DNA of 64,000 nt, taken from assembly GCA_947084965.1 (NCBI GenBank), contig CAMTUG010000003.1:360-64359 (forward strand), in the 5' to 3' direction. The position numbers and the translations under genes were made by a program. Position 1 is the stretch's first letter; every line of letters begins with the position of its first letter. Shown here piece by piece: positions 58,209-64,000 of the stretch. This DNA comes from an uncultured Parcubacteria group bacterium. GTDB taxonomy: Bacteria > Patescibacteriota > Patescibacteriia > UBA9934 > CAMTUG01. The notes beneath the pieces were generated by a model, which saw only the letters and a list, made by a program, of their open reading frames with translations, ran no database searches and was not told the DNA's origin.

Positions 58209-59309
58209 ATGGTTTTCTTTGTCCTCGGATCACACCCAGAACTTTCTGTCGCTGAAATTGAAGCGGTCACAGGTAAGGCCGGCGTGCGCGTTGGCGATAT
58301 TTTTTTAATGGACAACGTGGATCAGCCGCTTTCCTATTTGCAATCGCGCTTGGCAGGAACGATTAAGATCGGACGGATCGTCGGATCATTCGATCATTAT
58401 AATAAAGATGAAGCTGCAGCATTGGTACGAGCGATGATCACGGACACAGACGGTAAAGTGCACTTTGGGATCTCGGCCTACGGCAAAGGGATCGCTCATC
58501 ACACCCAACCGCTCGGATTAACCGTGAAAAAGTTGTTGAAGGCCGATGGTGTTTCGGCGCGTCTGGTGACGAGCAAGGAACCAGAGCTTTCGAGCGTTGT
58601 TGTTTCCAAGAATAAGCTGCTCGAATCCGGCGGTGAGTTTGTGATCCTGGAGTACCGCAAAGAGTTTTTGGTCGGCCAGACAGAAACGGTGCAGGATTTT
58701 GAAGCCTGGGGGGATCGCGACTTCGGTCGCCCGGCGCGCGATGCCAAGAGTGGGATGTTGCCACCAAAGCTTTCGCGCATGATGATCAATCTTTCCGGGG
58801 CAGATCCGTTTAAGAGCGTGCTGCTCGATCCGTTTTGCGGATCCGGCACCGTACTCATGGAGGCGTTGGTCCTGGGATTTAAAGGGGTCATCGGATCGGA
58901 CATTTCTGAACAGGCCGTGAAGGACTCGGAAAAAAATATCGATTGGCAATTTGCCTCTGGAAAGGCAAATTCAGAACGGCCGATTATTTTGAAGAGCCCG
59001 GCAGAAACACTGAAACTCGATACGCACGTTGATGTCGTTGTGACCGAGCCGTACCTCGGCCCCCCACAACGCGGAGGTGAGAACCTGAATCAGCTAGTCC
59101 TTGATCTTACCTCACTCTACATCAAGGCATTTGGGAACATCGGTCAGCACATGAAACCCGGAGCCAAACTCGTTGCCGCGATCCCTGTTTTCTACGGCGG
59201 AAAAACGATCACCAAACCGCTCCCTGGATTCAATCGCCTGAAAGCATACCGTTACAGCCGCCCGAGTCAGCGTGTTGAGCGCGACATTACCGTTTTCGAG
59301 AAAGCCTAA
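58209..59309 (+). CDS. Trm11-like SAM-dependent RNA methyltransferase
   Basis: RD..RP.RD...GMLPPKLSRMMINL, LDPFCGSGT, TEPYLGP. Confidence 0.85.
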   Translation: MVFFVLGSHPELSVAEIEAVTGKAGVRVGDIFLMDNVDQPLSYLQSRLAGTIKIGRIVGSFDHYNKDEAAALVRAMITDTDGKVHFGISAYGKGIAHHTQPLGLTVKKLLKADGVSARLVTSKEPELSSVVVSKNKLLESGGEFVILEYRKEFLVGQTETVQDFEAWGDRDFGRPARDAKSGMLPPKLSRMMINLSGADPFKSVLLDPFCGSGTVLMEALVLGFKGVIGSDISEQAVKDSEKNIDWQFASGKANSERPIILKSPAETLKLDTHVDVVVTEPYLGPPQRGGENLNQLVLDLTSLYIKAFGNIGQHMKPGAKLVAAIPVFYGGKTITKPLPGFNRLKAYRYSRPSQRVERDITVFEKA

Positions 59310-59344
59310 AACAAAAACCCGAGGCGCGAGCCCCGGGTTTTTGT

Positions 59345-59476
59345 TTACATTGCTTCTTCTTCCTCTTCCTCGCCCTCTTCGTCCTCATCGCCGTCCTCGT
59401 CCATTTCGTCTTTTTCTTCTTCGTCTTCCACGTCCCCGGTCTGGTCCCAGCTGTCTCCGTCGTCCATGAACATCAT
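59345..59476 (-). CDS. 43-aa extremely acidic small protein
   Basis: MMFMDDGDSWDQTGDVEDEEEKDEMDEDGDEDEEGEEEEEEAM; GGAG upstream; terminator hairpin downstream. Confidence 0.55.
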   Translation of the reverse strand: MMFMDDGDSWDQTGDVEDEEEKDEMDEDGDEDEEGEEEEEEAM

Positions 59477-59521
59477 AGATGCTCCGTTAATGATAGTGAC
59501 CTTGCGGTCGTGGGAATATTT

Positions 59522-60595
59522 TTACACACCGACTTTAAAGTGACAAGTATCCCCATCTTGCATCACGTATTCTTTCCCTTCGGTTCGCAGTTTTCCTGCC
59601 GCTTTGGCCCCGGACTCACCCAGCTCGACGAAGTCCTTCCAATTAATGACGTCGGCAAAGATGAAGGCGCGTTCGAAGTCGGTATGGATGACTCCGGCGG
59701 CCTGTGGGGCTTTCGTTCCTTTGACGATCGTCCAGGCTCGGGTCTCTTTTTCGCCGCTCGTGAAGTAGGTGATCAGGTTCAGAAGCTCGTAGCACTTTTT
59801 GATCACGCGATCGAGGCCGGATTCTTTCAGCCCGAGCTCTTGCATGAAGGCAGACGCCTCCTCTTTCGAGAGATCGACCAGTTCAGATTCAATTTTGACG
59901 CTGATCGGGATCGCCAGACGCTCCGGTCCAAGCGGCGAAACCCAGTTCGGATCCGCAGCCGAGGCTTCATCAACGTTCACAATGTAAAGGATCGGTTTGA
60001 GTGTCAGAAGGGTCAGTGTTTTGGTCTGCTTCTTTTCTTCATCTGTCAGTTCGACCGTGCTAGCCATTTTTCCAGCTACCACAGCGGTACGGATTTTCTC
60101 GAGCGCGGAGATTTCATTTTCGAGGTCGGCCGTCTTCCCCGCCTTCATTTTGGAGTTAGCGTTATCGAGAAGTTTTTCGACCGTGGCGAGGTCGGCGGTT
60201 GCTAATTCGATTTCAATCACCTCAACGTCGCGGATCGGATCGACCGAGCCTTCAACGTGCACAACGTTCGGATCAGCAAAGGCGCGCACGACGTGAGCGA
60301 TCATGTCCACTTCGCGAATGTGAGACAAAAATTTGTTGCCGAGCCCTTCCCCTTTGCTGGCACCGCGAACGATTCCAGCGATATCCACGAATTCAATGGC
60401 GGTCGAGATCGTTTTTTCGGACTGAGACTTTTCCGACAACTGGTGCAGCCGCTCGTCCGGGACCTCGACGATCCCGACGTTCGGTTCAATCGTGCAGAAC
60501 GGAAAGTTCTCGCAAGGCACCTGTTTTTTGGTGAGCGTTTTGAATAACGTAGATTTTCCGACGTTCGGTAAACCGACAATTCCAACTTGAAGCAT
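59522..60595 (-). CDS. ychF: Redox-regulated ribosome-binding ATPase YchF
   Basis: GIVGLPNVGKST, FPFCTIEPN, DIAG.V.GAS.GEGLGNKFL, AAGVIHTDF. Confidence 0.97.
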   Translation of the reverse strand: MLQVGIVGLPNVGKSTLFKTLTKKQVPCENFPFCTIEPNVGIVEVPDERLHQLSEKSQSEKTISTAIEFVDIAGIVRGASKGEGLGNKFLSHIREVDMIAHVVRAFADPNVVHVEGSVDPIRDVEVIEIELATADLATVEKLLDNANSKMKAGKTADLENEISALEKIRTAVVAGKMASTVELTDEEKKQTKTLTLLTLKPILYIVNVDEASAADPNWVSPLGPERLAIPISVKIESELVDLSKEEASAFMQELGLKESGLDRVIKKCYELLNLITYFTSGEKETRAWTIVKGTKAPQAAGVIHTDFERAFIFADVINWKDFVELGESGAKAAGKLRTEGKEYVMQDGDTCHFKVGV

Positions 60596-60691
60596 AGATA
60601 ATAGATAGGCGGGGCCGCTGCGCCTCGCATCATAGCGGAAGCGTGGAAAAAAGTCGAAAAACATAAAACATCCGCCAAAGCGGATGATTTA

Positions 60692-60767
60692 TGGTGGACC
60701 GTATCGGGTTCGAACCGATGACCTTCTGACTGCCAGCCAGACGCTCTACCAACTGAGCTAACGGCCC
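60692..60767 (-). tRNA. tRNA-Ala(GGC)
   Basis: GGGCCGT/ACGGTCC-A-CCA with G3:U70; anticodon loop CT-GGC-AG. Confidence 0.96.
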
Positions 60768-60854
60768 GCGTGCCGACAAAGATACGAGATTTGAGAGCGA
60801 ACGTCAAGGCGGGGCTGTGTCGCCCCGCCCATGCGTGCGTTCGTGCAGAGACGA

Positions 60855-63311
60855 TTAGTTCTCTGGCTGACCTTCGGTTACATCGACCGCGGTTTCTTCT
60901 CCGGCCTCGACCGGTTCAGGGATCACACTTTCAACTTGGCCGGACTTCAGCCGTTCGAGTTTGGCAGCAACGAGCTGGTTGTCCGGGTTTGTTTCAAGAA
61001 CACCCTGTACCTGGGCGATCGCCTCCTCGATCTTCCCTTGCTGTTCGTAGATCGCGGCTAAAAACCAGCGAGCATTTGAATAGGTTGGGACAAGCTCCAC
61101 GGCGCGGGCGAGTTCGACCTCGGCTAAGTCATATTTTCCTTGGCGCAAGTAGAGCAATCCTAGCTGGAAGGCGACGCCTACATCGAGCGGGTTATAGCGC
61201 TTCACGGATTCCATCTTAGCGATAGCGTCAGCGAGTCGACCTTCGCGTTCGTAGACGATCGCTAGATAATAGTGGGCCGGGGCGTAGTCTGCTTTGAGTT
61301 CAATCGAACGCAACAGAACGTCCTCGGCTTTTTTGAGATTGTCACTTACGGTCGCTTGGGCCGCGTCCGCGGTCGCCTGGTCCTTGGACCCAGTTAGTAC
61401 TCGGGCATTTTCCGCAAAGACAAGGTAGCTGCGCCCGAGATCGGTCAGGTGTTTTGGAGATGCTGGTTCAAGGGCGTTCGCTGTTTCAAAGGACATGACT
61501 GCAAAGGCGTCGGCTCCTCCAACAACGGCGGAAACTTCACGATAGATCGCTCCGCGTACTTCCCAGTTGGCGACGTTGTTTGGTGATAAATCCGTGGCCC
61601 GTTTGGCGGCGTTGATGGAAGTAGCCACCAATGCCTGGACGAGTTGAGTCTTGTCTTCCGGGATCTGTCCTTCGGAAAGCTCCTCGCGCACTTTGAGCAG
61701 GAGCGCTTGTGACAAGTTGCGGTAATAGACATCGCTTAGGCGATTGAATGTTGCGGCGGAGTCGAGTTTTTGGATCACGGTATCGAGTGACTCCCCTGCC
61801 GCTTCAGCACGGACCGCTTGGGCAAAGGCGATTTCTGCGGCATAGCGTTGACCGGTCACAAAGAGGCCGGTCACAATCCCAACCGCCACAACGACGAAGA
61901 GGAAGGAAAAGGCCAGACCCATGCGGGGGGACTTGTTAAAGCTAACCGTGCGGACCCTCAACATAACTTGAGCGGCCAATACCCCACCAAGTCCAAAGAG
62001 GAGGAAGGTTAGGGTGAGGTTGCTGGAGTACAGGAAGGAACCGACAACGAGGGCGAACCAGGAGGCGAAGAGGACAAAGGTCGCCTTCCACTCAGCGTGA
62101 TCTTGTTCGCGCGTCAGACGGCCGAGCGCGCGCAAGGCGAGCGAGAGGATGAAGGCGAGGTAGATGATCGTCCCCACGATACCGAGGGTTGCGATCACCG
62201 TGAAGATGTGGGACGTAGCCCGATCAAAGCGCACGGCCCAGAATCCTGTTGTGTTGAGGTCGGTGCTGTGATATTTGGCGTAGTCGATCGCAAACGTCCC
62301 TGGGCCTGAGCCAAAGAGTGACGAGGTGTTTGTCAGTGTTTGGGAGGTGATATCCCACGAAGCGCTGTAGGACGGAAGGATTTCCACCGGCAAGCGGAAG
62401 TTGATCGGGGTCGGGAGGAAGAGCAACAGGAGAGCGACAACGAAAAGAGCCATCGGCAGGATAAATCGGCCCGTTTCTGGAAATTCCCCGGCTCGCACTA
62501 AGGCGAAGGCAAAGAGGATAGAGATCCCGGTCAAGAGGATGACCCAAAGCACCCAGTAATCCAGGGCGCTGGCGATGACGATCGTCGAAAGGGTCAAGAC
62601 AACGGTCGCGACGGACAGGAGAGCCCCGGCCGTTTTTTTGAACGCTAGTTCGCCGGCGCGGGCTTTGCCTACGAGCCATAGGCCGTTGGCGAGTAAGGTG
62701 ACGGCGATTAAAAAGATCGTCGCGGCGTTGATCGTTCCGATCGGGTTAAAGACGCGCGTATCTCCGCCGAGGTATCCGAAGATCGGAACGTTAAAGAAGT
62801 GGAAGAGCATACCGACGGCGATGATCGTAGCCGAGAGGATCAGCGCCCCGAAGATGCGGCGTTGGACACGCGATTCGCTGGCGTTGTTGACCAGCAGGTA
62901 GAAGAGCACGCCGAGCGAGACCGCCGTTAGGAAGGACATGTATTCTTGCGATGTCTGTCCAACCCAGGAGGTGAATCCAGTAAGAGACGTGACCGCCGAG
63001 ACGCCGACCGTGACGACGTACATCAGTGGGAAGAAGTTTAGCCAGCCGCGACGGAACGTCAGTTCGCGTTTGCTGACCATTTGGCCGAGCCAGGCAAGCG
63101 CGGCGACAAACGTGACTAAGACAAGCAGCGTTTGCTTGTTGACTTCGAGGGCATCGATCGTAACCGGCAGGACGAATAACGGGACGAAGAAGAAGAGGCC
63201 GATGATTGACCACTCAACGATCGCCCCATACGCTTTGGAAAGCCCACGGAAGCGACTCGCTCCCTGAGCTTGCCCAGGAGCGACTCGCTCCGAGGAGGAC
63301 AATGTGTCCAT
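60855..63311 (-). CDS. Polytopic membrane protein (O-antigen-ligase-like) with C-terminal TPRs
   Basis: Many TMs, FGSGPGTF..DY; TPR-like AHYYLAIVY, AFQLGLLY, ARWFLAAIY. Confidence 0.8.
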   Translation of the reverse strand: MDTLSSSERVAPGQAQGASRFRGLSKAYGAIVEWSIIGLFFFVPLFVLPVTIDALEVNKQTLLVLVTFVAALAWLGQMVSKRELTFRRGWLNFFPLMYVVTVGVSAVTSLTGFTSWVGQTSQEYMSFLTAVSLGVLFYLLVNNASESRVQRRIFGALILSATIIAVGMLFHFFNVPIFGYLGGDTRVFNPIGTINAATIFLIAVTLLANGLWLVGKARAGELAFKKTAGALLSVATVVLTLSTIVIASALDYWVLWVILLTGISILFAFALVRAGEFPETGRFILPMALFVVALLLLFLPTPINFRLPVEILPSYSASWDITSQTLTNTSSLFGSGPGTFAIDYAKYHSTDLNTTGFWAVRFDRATSHIFTVIATLGIVGTIIYLAFILSLALRALGRLTREQDHAEWKATFVLFASWFALVVGSFLYSSNLTLTFLLFGLGGVLAAQVMLRVRTVSFNKSPRMGLAFSFLFVVVAVGIVTGLFVTGQRYAAEIAFAQAVRAEAAGESLDTVIQKLDSAATFNRLSDVYYRNLSQALLLKVREELSEGQIPEDKTQLVQALVATSINAAKRATDLSPNNVANWEVRGAIYREVSAVVGGADAFAVMSFETANALEPASPKHLTDLGRSYLVFAENARVLTGSKDQATADAAQATVSDNLKKAEDVLLRSIELKADYAPAHYYLAIVYEREGRLADAIAKMESVKRYNPLDVGVAFQLGLLYLRQGKYDLAEVELARAVELVPTYSNARWFLAAIYEQQGKIEEAIAQVQGVLETNPDNQLVAAKLERLKSGQVESVIPEPVEAGEETAVDVTEGQPEN

Positions 63312-63390
63312 ACGTGATGGGAAAGGAATAATGCGAAGATTATAACACAACACCCGCAGTTTATTTACTGCAGGTGTTGTTTTTTTGTTT

Positions 63391-64000
63391 TTATATCACC
63401 GGTTCTTCGGTTGCGGGAGTCTCTCCCGGAGTTTCCTCGACCGGAGCCTCTTCGGTTGGGGCTTCTTCGGCAGGAGTGGCTTCGACAGGGACTTCCTCGG
63501 TGACCGGCTGTTCATCGATGATCGCCTCAGCGATCGGTTCCTCTACGACCAGTTCTTCGGCGGCGGTTTCCTCAACAGGGACTTCCTCGGCCGGAGTTTC
63601 TACAGTCGCCTCCTCCTCTGCAGGGATTTCTGAGGACGTCGGAGCTTCGAGTTCAAGCGCTTCAGCAGGTTCGTAGCCGTTGCGATAGGCGATCACCAAC
63701 CAGTCAAACGAAACACCGCTCGTATTGCTTCCTAGCTCCGTGACAGTGAATCCATTATTGTCCTTTTCGTTAACGTAGAGCATGCCGGTGGCGCCGTTTG
63801 GTGTGAGGAGGACACGGATCGGGGCTACCGTTGAGATAATATCGTTGAATGCTGGATCGACATCTTCGAAACGGATGACCGCCTGTCCGTTGGAAAGCTC
63901 GGCTGTGCCTGAGAGTTGCAAGACGACTTCCCCAGACATGACCGCACTCACTTCCGCGACGTCACCTTGGGTTGTGGTGATCCGTGTCTTGTATACGGTT
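63391..64000 (-). CDS. C-terminal part of a large surface-type protein with acidic E/P/A/T tail
   Basis: Frame continues to the window edge; beta-rich SGTAELSNG...FDWLVIAYR domain followed by EE-repeat low complexity. Confidence 0.65.
   Translation of the reverse strand, partial: TVYKTRITTTQGDVAEVSAVMSGEVVLQLSGTAELSNGQAVIRFEDVDPAFNDIISTVAPIRVLLTPNGATGMLYVNEKDNNGFTVTELGSNTSGVSFDWLVIAYRNGYEPAEALELEAPTSSEIPAEEEATVETPAEEVPVEETAAEELVVEEPIAEAIIDEQPVTEEVPVEATPAEEAPTEEAPVEETPGETPATEEPVI

Overview
A 64 kb chromosomal segment that most likely comes from a Patescibacteria (CPR) bacterium. This is inferred from the tandem VirB2/TrbC-like pilins, mostly SD-less or near-leaderless starts, and the gene repertoire; the genetic code is standard code 11. 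The segment spans the probable replication origin (dnaN-dnaA-[DnaA boxes]-rpmH-rnpA-yidD). It also holds recA, ruvB, ftsK, efp-epmA, rpsF-ssb-rpsR, ychF, an Fe-S operon, a livKHMGF-type ABC transporter, PBP1A, envelope genes, six pilins and six tRNAs. Three signals stand out. (1) Two free-standing double-LAGLIDADG genes each end inside the 5' end of an intact downstream tRNA (Leu-TAG, Ser-CGA); one also has an upstream tRNA 5' remnant and a palindrome over its start codon. (2) Seven scattered, very GC-rich orphan genes for secreted or membrane proteins all carry GGAG/GAGG Shine-Dalgarno sites and sit behind AT-rich sigma70-like promoters, some with long structured leaders, unlike the housekeeping genes. 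(3) At least three families of structured intergenic repeats are present. No CRISPR array, prophage or transposase was seen. Products are assigned from motif recognition only; no searches were run.
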